64,000 bases of DNA from Trueperaceae bacterium (GTDB taxonomy: Bacteria; Deinococcota; Deinococci; Deinococcales; Trueperaceae). The stretch spans positions 2,688,001-2,752,000 of the forward strand of contig CBDCDZ010000004.1 of assembly GCA_965215565.1 (NCBI GenBank). Direction: 5' to 3'. Made by a program: the position numbers and the translations under genes. Below the pieces are notes generated by a model, which did no database searches, was not told the DNA's origin, and saw only the letters and a list, made by a program, of their open reading frames with translations. Within the stretch, counting starts at the first letter, position 1; each line of letters begins with the position of its first letter. Of the stretch, positions 32,848 to 42,423 are shown one piece after another.

Positions 32848-34134
32848 TCAGCCCGACAGCCCCCGCTCACGCGCCCACACGACGGCTTCGGCGCGGGTGT
32901 GTACGCCCAACTTCTCATAGACGCGCGTCACGTAGTTGCGCACGGTCTGTTTGGCGATGCCCAGGTCCTCTGAAATCGCCTCGTTGGAGTGACCCTGCGC
33001 CACGCGCTCTAGCACTTGGCGTTCGCGCTTGGTCAGCTCAGAGACCATCTTGGGGTCAAGCTCGCCGGCTTGAAGCTGCGTGAGCTTTTCAACCACCGAG
33101 CGGCTGAACCAGGCGGTATCTTGCATGACCGTGTTGATAGCTTGCATCAGTTCCTCTTCGCTCTGCTTGCGCTTAGTGATGTCGTAAAACATATGCAACA
33201 TACCGTTTTTGCCGTTGAGCGCGATGATTTCGGTAGAGGACAAGATATTGCGTATATCGTCGTGTTTGGTGCGTATATGCAGCTCGACCTCACGGTACGC
33301 GCCCTTGTCGTCCGTCGCCTGCCGAATCGTTTTCTGGTCTTCGGCGGACGCCCACAAGCCTAGCGCCTCGCTCGTGCGCCCTAGCGCCTCATCATGAGCG
33401 TAGCCCGTGAGCCGCTCAAAGGCGCTGTTGACCTCTAGGAGCGTTCCGTCCTCTAAAGAGGTGATGATCGCAGCAACGGGACCGATGCGAAAGGCTTGGC
33501 GGAAGCGGAGTTGGGAGCGCCTGAGCGCCTCCTCCATCTCTTTGCGTTCAGAGATGTCGCGCAGCCCCCAGCGCAGGGTCACCATATCACCCTCTTTAAC
33601 CTGCACCACCTTGACTTCGACGGTGGGCGCTCGCTCTTCACGCTGCATTTTAAGTTGCAACTCCCAGCGTTCGGGCTGCGCCGCTTCCACCTCTTCCTCT
33701 CGCCGCGCCAGTCGCGCTAACGCCTGGCGAAAGTCGGGTTGGGCGCTGCTACGCAAGTAGACTGACAGAGGTTTGCCGCGCAAGTAGTCAGTCGGTTTGC
33801 CTAGAAGACGCTCGGCGGCGCGGTTCGCCTCGCGAATCACGCCCGAGGTATCCGTGACAAGGTAGCCGTCCGGCGCGAACTCGAAGAGGTCGCGGTAGCG
33901 CTGGCGCTCGCGCTCTAATCCCTCTTGCGCCTGGATGAGCGCCTCGTTTTGCTGCGTCAACTCTTCCTCAGCGACTTGAAGCTCCTCTAAGGTAGTCGAA
34001 AGCTGCTCGTATACCTCTAAGTCGGCAAGTACGGGGTTATCCGTGCGGTCTTTCAAGGTGGCGATGTAGCCCTGCAATTTTTCGATGCGTTTGGTAAAGC
34101 CGGTAGTCACGGTTTTACAGTGTCCCTTCCGCAT
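32848..34134 (-). CDS. Coiled-coil/PAS/PAS/LuxR-HTH transcriptional regulator
   Basis: TTLEELQVAEEEL helix, two PAS domains (DISERK, DITKRK), LTKRERQVL..G.SN..I...TVRNY..KLGVHTR. Confidence 0.92.
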   Translation of the reverse strand: MRKGHCKTVTTGFTKRIEKLQGYIATLKDRTDNPVLADLEVYEQLSTTLEELQVAEEELTQQNEALIQAQEGLERERQRYRDLFEFAPDGYLVTDTSGVIREANRAAERLLGKPTDYLRGKPLSVYLRSSAQPDFRQALARLARREEEVEAAQPERWELQLKMQREERAPTVEVKVVQVKEGDMVTLRWGLRDISERKEMEEALRRSQLRFRQAFRIGPVAAIITSLEDGTLLEVNSAFERLTGYAHDEALGRTSEALGLWASAEDQKTIRQATDDKGAYREVELHIRTKHDDIRNILSSTEIIALNGKNGMLHMFYDITKRKQSEEELMQAINTVMQDTAWFSRSVVEKLTQLQAGELDPKMVSELTKRERQVLERVAQGHSNEAISEDLGIAKQTVRNYVTRVYEKLGVHTRAEAVVWARERGLSG

Positions 34135-34217
34135 ATCTCCCTGGGGTCATCCTAGAACTTCTATAGTTTCCTATAAGAAAGTGTAGCGTCTTTTACGGTT
34201 TAGAACTAGACGTTTGC

Positions 34218-34559
34218 TTACGTTTCTTTAGGTACATCTGTACTCTCTTCAGCATCTAAGTCAGCATCTAAACCCGCAGCCGAGTCGGGCCTAGAATCGG
34301 TCTCTAGCTCATCTAACTTAGCCACTTTCGCCTCAGTCTCGTGGTGTTCGTCGTGGGCGTCGTGGAGGGTCTGCTCGAAGCCGTGGGACTGGTCCTCGAG
34401 TTTATGAATCCCCGCTTCCGCGCGTTCGATCGTCGTTTCCAACCTCTTTGTACTCTTTTTTGCCCTAGCGACTTCCGCCTCGAGCTTCTGCGCCAACGCT
34501 TCTACCTCTTGCGCTTTCGCCTCTGCTTCCGCCGCCTCGCTTTTGTCACGCTCGTCCAT
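34218..34559 (-). CDS. Small acidic coiled-coil protein
   Basis: Heptad-like A/E/K/L pattern; start overlaps cheR stop. Confidence 0.7.
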   Translation of the reverse strand: MDERDKSEAAEAEAKAQEVEALAQKLEAEVARAKKSTKRLETTIERAEAGIHKLEDQSHGFEQTLHDAHDEHHETEAKVAKLDELETDSRPDSAAGLDADLDAEESTDVPKET

Positions 34560-36450
34560 TTGCCGCCCCCTCTTCCATAAGCAGAATAACCCCCCGCAAA
34601 TCGTTGTCCAGCGCGTCGAAGCTCGTACAGGTCACGCGGCACTGAAATGTTCTGCCGCGCCGATTGAGCGCCTTTAATACGACCTCTTCGTGTTTGGACC
34701 TATCCGTTAGACAAGCCCGTACGGGCGCTTTTAGGGCGTCCACATCGACGCCAATATCCAAGGTGAAGAGCGAACGCCCCGCCACCTCGTCGGCGCGTAG
34801 CCCCCACAGGTCTTCGGCGCGGGCGTTCCAGATATAGATATTGAACTGATAGTCCAGGACGATGACCGCCGCGCGCAAACTGCCTAAAATGGACTCCAAA
34901 AAGATGTTTAAGCGGTCCACCTCTTCGGTGCGGCGGCGCATCTCTTCGTTCATCGTCTCAAGCTCTTCGTTAGTGGACTGCATCTCCTCGTTCATCGTTT
35001 CAAGCTCTTCGTTAGTGCTCTGCATCTCTTCGTTGGTGGTCTCCAACTCCTCCACCGTAGACTGAAGCTCTTCGTTGGTGGTCTCTAGCTCTTCGTTGGT
35101 GGACTGAAGCTCTTCGTAGGCGGTCTCTAGCTCCGTGTTGGACAGCTCGAGGCTGTTCTGTAAGCGCTTGTGTACGCTCACGTCGCGAAAGAGGATGCTG
35201 ACGCCTAGCGCTTTTATCCCGTTGCCAGAGCCGTTGCCGCCATTGACCAGCGGGACGATCTGCACGTCCAAGTGGAGCACGTCGCCTTCGGAAGCGTACT
35301 CGAGGCTGCCCAAGTGAATAAGCTCGCGCGTCTCCAGCACGCTGTCGATATGGGTGCGCAGTTCGGTGGGCTGATAGGAGAGCCTGAGATCTTGAAAGTT
35401 GCGCCCGATGTCCTCGTCGGAGATATCAAAGAGGGTGCGGGCGCGGGTATTGGCGAGCGCGAGCCGCCCTCTGGCGTCCACCACAATTTGCGCTTCGGGC
35501 GACACGTTAAAAGCAACCTCGCGCAGCCGCACCTCTTGCGCCACCCACCGCCCCCCCTCTTCGCCGCCCGCTTGGGTCAGCGTGAGGAGGCGTTCGCGCA
35601 AGCTCCCACTTTCGGACTTCGTGAAGAGCCGGTGCTTGAGGCTGAGCGGCTTAAAGCGCTCCGAGCGCGAGAGCATCGTCTCGGCTTTGCCCAAAAAGAG
35701 CGTGCCGCCCTCCTTGAGCGCGAAGTGAAAACGCGCCAAAACGCGGCTCTGCAGTTCGCGGTTAAAGTACATCAGCGTGTTGCGGCAGACCAAGAGGTCG
35801 AGCTGCGAGATGGGCGCGTCGCTCACTAAGTTGTGCCGCCCGAAGATCACAGAGCGGCGCAAGTCGCTCCGAAAGACGTAGCTGCCCGAGGCGTACTCGA
35901 AGTAGCGCTCCAAGAGGTCCGCGTCCACATCCGCGACCCTATCCGCGCTATAGACTCCCCCCCGCGCACGCACGAGGTCTTCCTCGTCGATATCGGTGGC
36001 GTAAATCTTGACCTGTTTGCGAAAGGCGTTCGCGCCCAGCGCCTCGGCGAGCAAGATGGCGAGCGTGTACGCCTCTTCGCCCGTCGCGCAGCCCGCACTC
36101 CAGGCGCGAATGGGCCCATCCGCCTTTTGCGCCACAAGCGGCGCGATGACCTCTTCGTCAAGCGCGCGCCACGCCGCCTCGTTGCGAAAAAAAGAGGTCA
36201 CGTTAATCAGGACGGTATTGAAGAGCAAATCGAACTCTTCGGGGTGGACCTCCAAATAGTCGAGGTAGTCACTGAACGATTCCACCGCGACGACTTGCAT
36301 CCGCCGCTCGAAGCGCCGCATCAAAGAGGTGCGCTTGTAGCCCGTAAAGTCGATGCTGCGCTTGACGTTTAAGTACTCGAGCAAGTCCTCAAACGCCGCT
36401 CTATCCTGGGCTTGCACCTTATCGTTTTCTGGACCGTCAAAGGCGCTCAC
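34546..36450 (-). CDS. cheR: CheR-type methyltransferase with PAS-coiled coil-PAS extension
   Basis: INVTSFFR, WSAGCATGEEAY, ATDID, CRNTLMYF; (EELQSTN/EELETTN)n. Confidence 0.93.
   Translation of the reverse strand: MSAFDGPENDKVQAQDRAAFEDLLEYLNVKRSIDFTGYKRTSLMRRFERRMQVVAVESFSDYLDYLEVHPEEFDLLFNTVLINVTSFFRNEAAWRALDEEVIAPLVAQKADGPIRAWSAGCATGEEAYTLAILLAEALGANAFRKQVKIYATDIDEEDLVRARGGVYSADRVADVDADLLERYFEYASGSYVFRSDLRRSVIFGRHNLVSDAPISQLDLLVCRNTLMYFNRELQSRVLARFHFALKEGGTLFLGKAETMLSRSERFKPLSLKHRLFTKSESGSLRERLLTLTQAGGEEGGRWVAQEVRLREVAFNVSPEAQIVVDARGRLALANTRARTLFDISDEDIGRNFQDLRLSYQPTELRTHIDSVLETRELIHLGSLEYASEGDVLHLDVQIVPLVNGGNGSGNGIKALGVSILFRDVSVHKRLQNSLELSNTELETAYEELQSTNEELETTNEELQSTVEELETTNEEMQSTNEELETMNEEMQSTNEELETMNEEMRRRTEEVDRLNIFLESILGSLRAAVIVLDYQFNIYIWNARAEDLWGLRADEVAGRSLFTLDIGVDVDALKAPVRACLTDRSKHEEVVLKALNRRGRTFQCRVTCTSFDALDNDLRGVILLMEEGAANGRA
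34940..35137 (-). repeat. Coding 21-bp tandem repeat (heptads) in cheR
   Basis: About nine AAC GAA GAG (CT/ATG).. units encoding NEELQST/NEELETT/NEEMQST. Confidence 0.85.
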
Positions 36451-37076
36451 GGGGTTCTCTCAATGGGTTGGCCGGCGTCGGAATCGACCCTTGAAGAGGT
36501 CAGCTCGAGCAGTTTCGCCGCGAGTGCCTCCAGGGGCAGCACGAAGTCCACCGCGCCCGTCTCAATCGCCGCTCTGGGCATCCCGAAATGTTGCGCGCTC
36601 GCCTCGTCTTGCGCCAGGGTCACGCCGCCTTTCTCCTTGACGACTTTGGTACCATTTTTGCCGTCGCGGCCCGTACCCGAGAGCACCACCGCGATGACCT
36701 CTTGCGCGTAGACCGTTGCCGCTGACTCGAAGAGCGCGTCCGCCGAGGGGCGCACGTACTGAACTTGAACCGTGTGCGTCAGGGTGAGCCTCCTTTTATC
36801 TGTCACTAATACGTGAAAGTCCGGCGGCGCACAGTAGACCGTTCCCGCCTGGAGCGTGTCGCCCTCTTCGACCTGCTTCACGTGCATGTCCGTATAGCGC
36901 CCTAGAATTTCTGCCATCCGGCTGCGGTGGTCTGGCGAGAGGTGCAGCACGATGACGAGCGGAGCGGGGAAGCTCTCGGGCAGGTGCGAGAGGAGCGTTT
37001 CTAACGCCACGAGCCCCCCCGCCGACGCTGCAACAACAACAAGGCGGGACGCGGGCTCAGACGGTGCGTTGTTCAT
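36447..37076 (-). CDS. cheB: Stand-alone CheB methylesterase (no receiver domain)
   Basis: AASAGG, VLH, RPSAD.LF, LSGTGRDG, GMPRAA; Ser-His-Asp triad intact. Confidence 0.93.
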   Translation of the reverse strand: MNNAPSEPASRLVVVAASAGGLVALETLLSHLPESFPAPLVIVLHLSPDHRSRMAEILGRYTDMHVKQVEEGDTLQAGTVYCAPPDFHVLVTDKRRLTLTHTVQVQYVRPSADALFESAATVYAQEVIAVVLSGTGRDGKNGTKVVKEKGGVTLAQDEASAQHFGMPRAAIETGAVDFVLPLEALAAKLLELTSSRVDSDAGQPIERTP

Positions 37077-37157
37077 AGATACAGTATGACAGGTAAAGAG
37101 GTAGAAGGGGCTCGAGTTGGACGAAGTTCACGGGCGTGTAGCGCTGAAAAATAGCCC

Positions 37158-37233
37158 GTCAGCCTGTCAGCTAGTTAGCATCTCAGGTTTTTAGTCTTTC
37201 CTAACTAGCTGAAGTGCTGAGATGCTGACTAGC
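37158..37233. repeat. Inverted short-repeat palindrome (GTCAGCT/AGCTGA type)
   Basis: GTCAGCTAGTTAGCATCTCAG...CTAACTAGCTGA..CTGAGATGCTGACTAGCT. Confidence 0.65.
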
Positions 37234-37235
37234 TT

Positions 37236-38906
37236 TTACACCTGAAATACGCCGACTTTCAGTTCCTCCATCTCCGCATTCTGCGCACAAGCGTCCAACG
37301 CTCGGATAAGTCTGTCTCTAGTCTCTAAGGGCAAGATCACCTCATCCACCCAGAGCCGCGCCGCCGCGTAGCGGATGTCCAGAGCGCGGTCAAAGTCGCC
37401 GCGAATCTGCTCGTACAAGGTAGCAATCTCTTCGTCGTCGGGCTCTTTGCCTGCACGTTTAAGCTGCGCTGCCTGAATGTCCAGAATCGTTTTCGCGGCC
37501 TGCTGACCGCCCATCACGCTGTACTTGGCGCTCGGCCACGCGAAGATAAAGCGCGGCGCGTACGCCTTGCCGCTCATGGCGTAGTGCCCCGCGCCGTACG
37601 AACCGCCCAAAATAACGCTGAGACGCGGTACAACGCTGTTCGAGACTGCGTTGACCATCTTCGCGCCGCGCCGGATGATGCCCTCGTGTTCGCTCTCGCG
37701 CCCGACCATAAAGCCGTTGACGTCGTGGAGGAAGATTAAAGGAATTCCCATCTGATTGCAGTTGAGAATAAAGCGCGCCGCCTTGTCCGCCGCGTCGCCG
37801 TAGATGACGCCGCCGACTTGGAGCTTCCCCTGCGACTTCACAGCAGTCTTCTGATTCGCTACAATGCCGACGGCGTAACCGCCCAGCCGCGCCGTCCCGC
37901 AGACAATCGTCTTGCCGAATTTGGCTTTGTACTCGTCGAAGGTGGAGCCGTCTACGAGTCGTCCAATGACCTCGCGCACCTCATAAGGACGCTTGCCCCC
38001 TTCGGGTGGCACGATGCCCAAGAGGTCTTGCGGCTTGAGCTTGGGTTCTTTGATCTCTTCCCTGTCCTTCGCCCAGGGCGCTAACTTGGCGGGCGCGTAC
38101 GTCCCTGCTAGGCTGCGCAACCTCTTTAAGGCGCTCTCGTCGTCGGGCTCGTGATAGTCCACGGTCCCCGCGATCTCCGCGTGCATCGCCGCGCCGCCCA
38201 AATCCTCGCTGCTGACCTCTTGCCCAATGGCGGCTTTGACCAGTGCCGGGCCTGCCAGATAGAGCCCCGAGCCCTCCGTCATGATGAGCGTGTCGCACAT
38301 GACGGGCAGGTACGCCCCGCCCGCCACGCAGTTCCCCATGATCGCCGCCATCTGCGGGATGCCCAGCGCGCTCATGCGGGCGTTGAGGTAGAAGACGCGC
38401 CCGAAGTCGTCCTGGTCAGGGAAAATCTCGTCTTGCATCGGCAGATACACGCCCGCTGAATCCACGAGGTAGATCGTCGGTAGGTGATTTTCCAAGGCGA
38501 TGGTCTGCGCCCGAATCACCTTTTTCGCCGTAATCGGAAAGAACGCGCCCGCCTTGACCGTGGCGTCGTTCGCGACGATCAGCCAGTCGCGCCCCGCCAC
38601 CTTGCCGATGCCTGCCACCGTTCCACCAGCAGGCGCACCGCCGACCTCTTCATACAACCCGTCGCCCGCAAAGGTCATCAGTTCGTCGAACGGCGTGTCC
38701 TTGTCGATCAACTTGGCAATGCGCTCCCTCGCCACCAAACGGTTCTTGCTGTGCTGCCGCTTGACGGCTTTCTCGCCGCCGCCCTTCGCCACTCGTTCAC
38801 GCTCTTTTTGCAAGCCTGAAGTGTGCTCCGCCCAAGACCTCTTCTGCGCGTGAAAGGGGTCGTTGCGACGCTCTTCTAGGGAGAGGTTGGTCTCGAGCTT
38901 ATCCAC
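37236..38906 (-). CDS. Acyl-CoA carboxylase carboxyltransferase subunit (methylcrotonyl-CoA carboxylase beta-like)
   Basis: ANDATVKAG, VDSAG, GNCVAGGAY, GGSYGAG, AARLWVD, GVFQV. Confidence 0.92.
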   Translation of the reverse strand: MDKLETNLSLEERRNDPFHAQKRSWAEHTSGLQKERERVAKGGGEKAVKRQHSKNRLVARERIAKLIDKDTPFDELMTFAGDGLYEEVGGAPAGGTVAGIGKVAGRDWLIVANDATVKAGAFFPITAKKVIRAQTIALENHLPTIYLVDSAGVYLPMQDEIFPDQDDFGRVFYLNARMSALGIPQMAAIMGNCVAGGAYLPVMCDTLIMTEGSGLYLAGPALVKAAIGQEVSSEDLGGAAMHAEIAGTVDYHEPDDESALKRLRSLAGTYAPAKLAPWAKDREEIKEPKLKPQDLLGIVPPEGGKRPYEVREVIGRLVDGSTFDEYKAKFGKTIVCGTARLGGYAVGIVANQKTAVKSQGKLQVGGVIYGDAADKAARFILNCNQMGIPLIFLHDVNGFMVGRESEHEGIIRRGAKMVNAVSNSVVPRLSVILGGSYGAGHYAMSGKAYAPRFIFAWPSAKYSVMGGQQAAKTILDIQAAQLKRAGKEPDDEEIATLYEQIRGDFDRALDIRYAAARLWVDEVILPLETRDRLIRALDACAQNAEMEELKVGVFQV

Positions 38907-38971
38907 GGCGAACTCTGAGTATTCTGTCAGCTAAAAAATGAGGTACGTCATGAGCGTAGCGAACTAGGAAG

Positions 38972-39050
38972 TAGCGAGCAATGAGCAACGAGCAGTGAGT
39001 GAAGGGCTTTTGATTTTCACTCACTGCTCGTTGCTCGGAACTCATTGCTC
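38972..39050. repeat. (GCAATGA)-type inverted heptamer repeat
   Basis: GAGCAATGAGCAACGAGCAGTGAGTGAA...TTCACTCACTGCTCGTTGCTC..CTCATTGCTC. Confidence 0.8.
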
Positions 39051-39216
39051 TTTTGAAGACCCTTCGCAAGCTCAACGCCCTACTCGCGCGAGCAGGATGA
39101 CAGCCTGCTCCTTCTGTTCGTAAATACTCCACATTCAAAACCTGTCCAACGTGCCACAAAACCCGTCTATCCGTCACTTTTCGCCTCCATTTTGTGCCTC
39201 AGTGTACGCCAACACC

Positions 39217-39433
39217 TGTGGATAAGTCCGCTCTAAACTGTGGATAACTTTGACGCTTGACAAAGGGGTGACAAATTTGTTAGGCGATTGTAAATTCTTC
39301 ACAATGCTAGAAAATGCGTCACAGACGGCGTTTCTGACTTCTCGAGCGCAGTTTTTACGTACTGGTGGGGCTTCGTGCGTTATCCACAGGCTGTGGCTAA
39401 CCTGTGGATAACTGTGGATAACCCTGTGGACCA
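39217..39433. promoter_or_regulatory. DnaA-box cluster
   Basis: Perfect TTATCCACA/TGTGGATAA at 39217, 39239, 39380, 39403, 39413; near matches at 39295, 39392, 39425. Confidence 0.85.
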
Positions 39434-40047
39434 TGCCGGGAGCTTGCGGCTCGCTTAGCGGCGCGTACAAAGTCCTGTATCTTGACTTTTCCCTTGATAC
39501 CGGGGCTCAGCTCCACGCCCGAGGCGACATCTACCGCGTAGGGCTGCAAGATATTCACCGCCTCCGCGACGTTCTCAGGCGTCAAGCCGCCCGCTAAGAT
39601 GAAGCGCGGAAGACCTTTTAAGTGTTCGGCTAGGGACCACTCGAACCGCTCGCCGCTCCCCGGTTGGAGCCCGTCTATCAAAAATGCGTCCGCTGGAAAG
39701 TCCTGCAACCTCTCCACGTCAAGCCCGGCGTGAAACGAGACCGCCCGGATAACCTGAATGTGAGGCCGGAGTTCAGCGGCGTACGCGGCGCTCTCCTGTC
39801 CGTGAAGTTGGACCGCTGCAAGCTTGAGCGTCCGCGCAGCTTCCAAAACCTCACCCAGAGGCGCGTTGACGAAAACGCCGACACGGGAAATAAACGGACC
39901 CAACACGCTGCTGATCTCGGCGGCTTGTCCTAACGTTACGAGGCGCTTAGACCGCTCCGCAAAGATGAGCCCAACCGCGTCCGCGCCCGCTTCTTCCGCC
40001 GCTAGAGCGTCCTCGACTCTGGTGATGCCGCAAATCTTGATTCGCAT
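39397..40047 (-). CDS. trpF: Phosphoribosylanthranilate isomerase
   Basis: MRIKICGIT, VGVFVN, VQLHG.E, LAGGL, VDVASGVE; start 40047. Confidence 0.96.
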   Translation of the reverse strand: MRIKICGITRVEDALAAEEAGADAVGLIFAERSKRLVTLGQAAEISSVLGPFISRVGVFVNAPLGEVLEAARTLKLAAVQLHGQESAAYAAELRPHIQVIRAVSFHAGLDVERLQDFPADAFLIDGLQPGSGERFEWSLAEHLKGLPRFILAGGLTPENVAEAVNILQPYAVDVASGVELSPGIKGKVKIQDFVRAAKRAASSRHGPQGYPQLSTG

Positions 40048-40048
40048 A

Positions 40049-41617
40049 TTAAAACCGCTGCACAATCTCCACCTCGACCCCATACGCCTCCGCGAACAGC
40101 TCGCTACGCAAGTTTGCCTCTTGCACCTCAGTCGAAACGTCCGTGTCAGCAAGTGCCTCGATCTGCACGTATCCCTTGCCGACGTGACACCTGACCTCTT
40201 TGACGTTCTGCGCCTTGCTCCGCTCCAAGTACTCCGCTAAGCGCAGCAGCGCCGCGAGCTTGGCGAGGCGTTCCATGTCGCCGTCTTTTAAGAGGTCGTC
40301 TAAGCCCTCGTCCTCGGGCGAATCGTCGTCGCGGTGGTAGCGCACCAGCAGGGCGATGAGCGCCTGCTCGCGCTGGGTGTAGCCCGGCAAGGGGCGGTTC
40401 ATCATGATGTAAAAACCGTGCTCCTCGTGGTCGTCGTACGCAACCGCCATACCGATGTCGTGGAGGCGTGCGCCCGCCGCCAAGAGGTCTCGCTCGGCGT
40501 CGCCGTAGCCGTGCAGCGTGCTGAGCTGATCGAAGAGGTCTAGAGCGAGCTTCTGGACGTGATCATTGTGGGACTCGTTGTCGTAGTAAAGCCGCTCCAA
40601 GTTGCGCACGCTAAAGTCGCGGAGTTCTTCTGCGCTCTCGAACAGGGGTGGGTCTCTGTCCAAGAGGTAGCCGTAGAAGAGCCCCTCGCGCAGGCCCTGG
40701 TCACAGATGACGTAGCTGGATGCGCCCGTGATCTTGAGCACCTCCAGAGCCGTCACCGCGCCCGCCGTGATGATGTCCGCGCGGTCTGACTTGAGCCCGG
40801 AGACGTCGTCGCGGATGTCTTCAACTTTCATGTCCAAGAGGTCTTCGGTGATGTCCTCCAAATCGTCTTTGCTCAAAACGTAGTGGTGCACGAGGTCGCC
40901 GGAATGAGAGTCGCGGTCGATTTGGATTTTGGCGAGGTTGCGGAGCGTGCCGCCCATGCCGATAAGAGGCAGGTCTTCGGCGCAGCCTTCGAAGTCGCTC
41001 ATCAGCCCTCTGACGTGCTTTACAAGCGCCTTGACCTCTTTTTTCTTGGGCGGATCGGAGGTCAAGAACTGCTCGGTCATGCGCAGCGCGCCGATGGTGT
41101 AGGAATTCGCTTGGGTCATCTTGCGCCCCTCGAGCTTGCTCATCTCAGCGCTGCCCCCGCCGATATCGAAGACGTAAGCGTCGCTAAAAGGGAGGCTGTT
41201 CGCGGCGGCAACGGCTTCGTAATACGCCTCTTCCTCGTCGGACAAGATGCGCGGCTCGAGGCTGGTGCGGCTCCTCACCTCGTCTAAAAAGTTCTCGCCG
41301 TTAGACGCCTCACGCACGGCGCTCGTCGCGGTGATGCAGACCTCTTCGACGCCCGCCGCCTTGCAGTAGGCGTCGAAAGTCGTGAGCGCCCGCATCGCCC
41401 TCTCTGCAGCGTCCACGCGCAGCACGTCAGCCTTGCCCATCCCTTCAGCCAAACGCACCAGTTGGCGGATTTCGTCGATCTCGTGGTAGGAGTGATTCTT
41501 TCGGTACTCGAACAGCACTAGCTTGCTCGTGTTCGAACCTAAGTCGATGATAGCGACCTCTTTGACATCCGAGGTGCGGGACTTTCTCGACGATTTCTTC
41601 TTCTGATTTGTGCTCAT
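40049..41617 (-). CDS. ppx: Ppx/GppA exopolyphosphatase with HD domain
   Basis: IDLGSN, ATSAVREA.N, DIGGGS.E, GLREG, LHDIG. Confidence 0.93.
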   Translation of the reverse strand: MSTNQKKKSSRKSRTSDVKEVAIIDLGSNTSKLVLFEYRKNHSYHEIDEIRQLVRLAEGMGKADVLRVDAAERAMRALTTFDAYCKAAGVEEVCITATSAVREASNGENFLDEVRSRTSLEPRILSDEEEAYYEAVAAANSLPFSDAYVFDIGGGSAEMSKLEGRKMTQANSYTIGALRMTEQFLTSDPPKKKEVKALVKHVRGLMSDFEGCAEDLPLIGMGGTLRNLAKIQIDRDSHSGDLVHHYVLSKDDLEDITEDLLDMKVEDIRDDVSGLKSDRADIITAGAVTALEVLKITGASSYVICDQGLREGLFYGYLLDRDPPLFESAEELRDFSVRNLERLYYDNESHNDHVQKLALDLFDQLSTLHGYGDAERDLLAAGARLHDIGMAVAYDDHEEHGFYIMMNRPLPGYTQREQALIALLVRYHRDDDSPEDEGLDDLLKDGDMERLAKLAALLRLAEYLERSKAQNVKEVRCHVGKGYVQIEALADTDVSTEVQEANLRSELFAEAYGVEVEIVQRF

Positions 41618-41636
41618 CGGCTCAGTATGGCATATG

Positions 41637-41903
41637 TAGCAGGTATCATCTGGTCAGCGACACTCTCACTGTGCGCGTTGCTGACTAGCACGCACATTGT
41701 GACAGCAGGTTCCTTCGGAAGCTTCGCGCAATCAAAGTCTGTCTCACTGGCGTTCGGAGCTGGTCAGCTACACTTTCACTAAAAAGAACATCGCCTAGCA
41801 CGCACTTAATTGTGATGAAATTCCGCTATTGCTGCGCAATGAGATCTGCGAAGAAGTGTTGCTTCGCATGACTTCGTCCAAGCAATGATAAGTGGAACTG
41901 CTA
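41637..41903 (-). mobile_element. Truncated MITE copy (41637-41702) followed by a second copy (41703-41903) with four micro-inserts
   Basis: TAGCAGGTATCATCTGGTC..GCACGCACATT then CAGCAGGT[20]ATCA[25]CTGGTC..GATGA[25]ATCTGCG..[~21]..GGAACTGCTA. Confidence 0.8.
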
Positions 41904-41966
41904 TAAGTACTACCAACTTTAGAAAGACCTTTTAGGACGGGCACTTTACCCCGCGCGAGAAACTTT

Positions 41967-42308
41967 TCAAAACACCGCTTTGAGATGTTCCAGATCATGC
42001 TCTTTTCGTGTACCTACTAAGAGAATGGCGTCGAAACGTAGGGGCAAGTCGTCTCGTTCGTACGTTTCGGTGAGGTAGTGTAGCGCGGTGTGGCGCAGCT
42101 TGGCGATCTTCGAGCGGCTGATAGCGTCTGCGGGCGTGCCGTAGCGCGTATTCTTCCGCTGCTTGACCTCGACGAAGACGAGCACGTCGCCCTCTTGCGC
42201 GATGAGGTCCACTTCGCCCCGGCGACAGGTGTAGTTGGTCTCTAAGACTCTATACCCTGCGCCCTCCAGATAGCGCCGCGCTACCTCTTCTGACCAGTGC
42301 CTTATCAC
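41967..42308 (-). CDS. yraN: YraN family (UPF0102) endonuclease
   Basis: E..A.RYL..GY, GEVDLI, LVFVEVKQR, RFDAI. Confidence 0.92.
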   Translation of the reverse strand: MIRHWSEEVARRYLEGAGYRVLETNYTCRRGEVDLIAQEGDVLVFVEVKQRKNTRYGTPADAISRSKIAKLRHTALHYLTETYERDDLPLRFDAILLVGTRKEHDLEHLKAVF

Positions 42309-42423
42309 GCGCTCAAACTAGCGGTGTACCGCGTTTTGTGCCGGGCGTCGCGAGAAGACTGTAGTGAGGGAAGCCAATATCTGTTTGCGCACAAAACGGG
42401 ACACCTTAAATCACCCCTTGAGC

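Noticed and set aside
34940..35137. 21-bp periodic repeats as a CRISPR array
   Set aside because: No unique spacers; they are in-frame heptads of the CheR coiled coil; no cas genes in the window.
39174..39470. 98-aa ORF with repeated IHS/YPQV motifs
   Set aside because: The motifs are translated DnaA boxes; it overlaps trpF out of frame.
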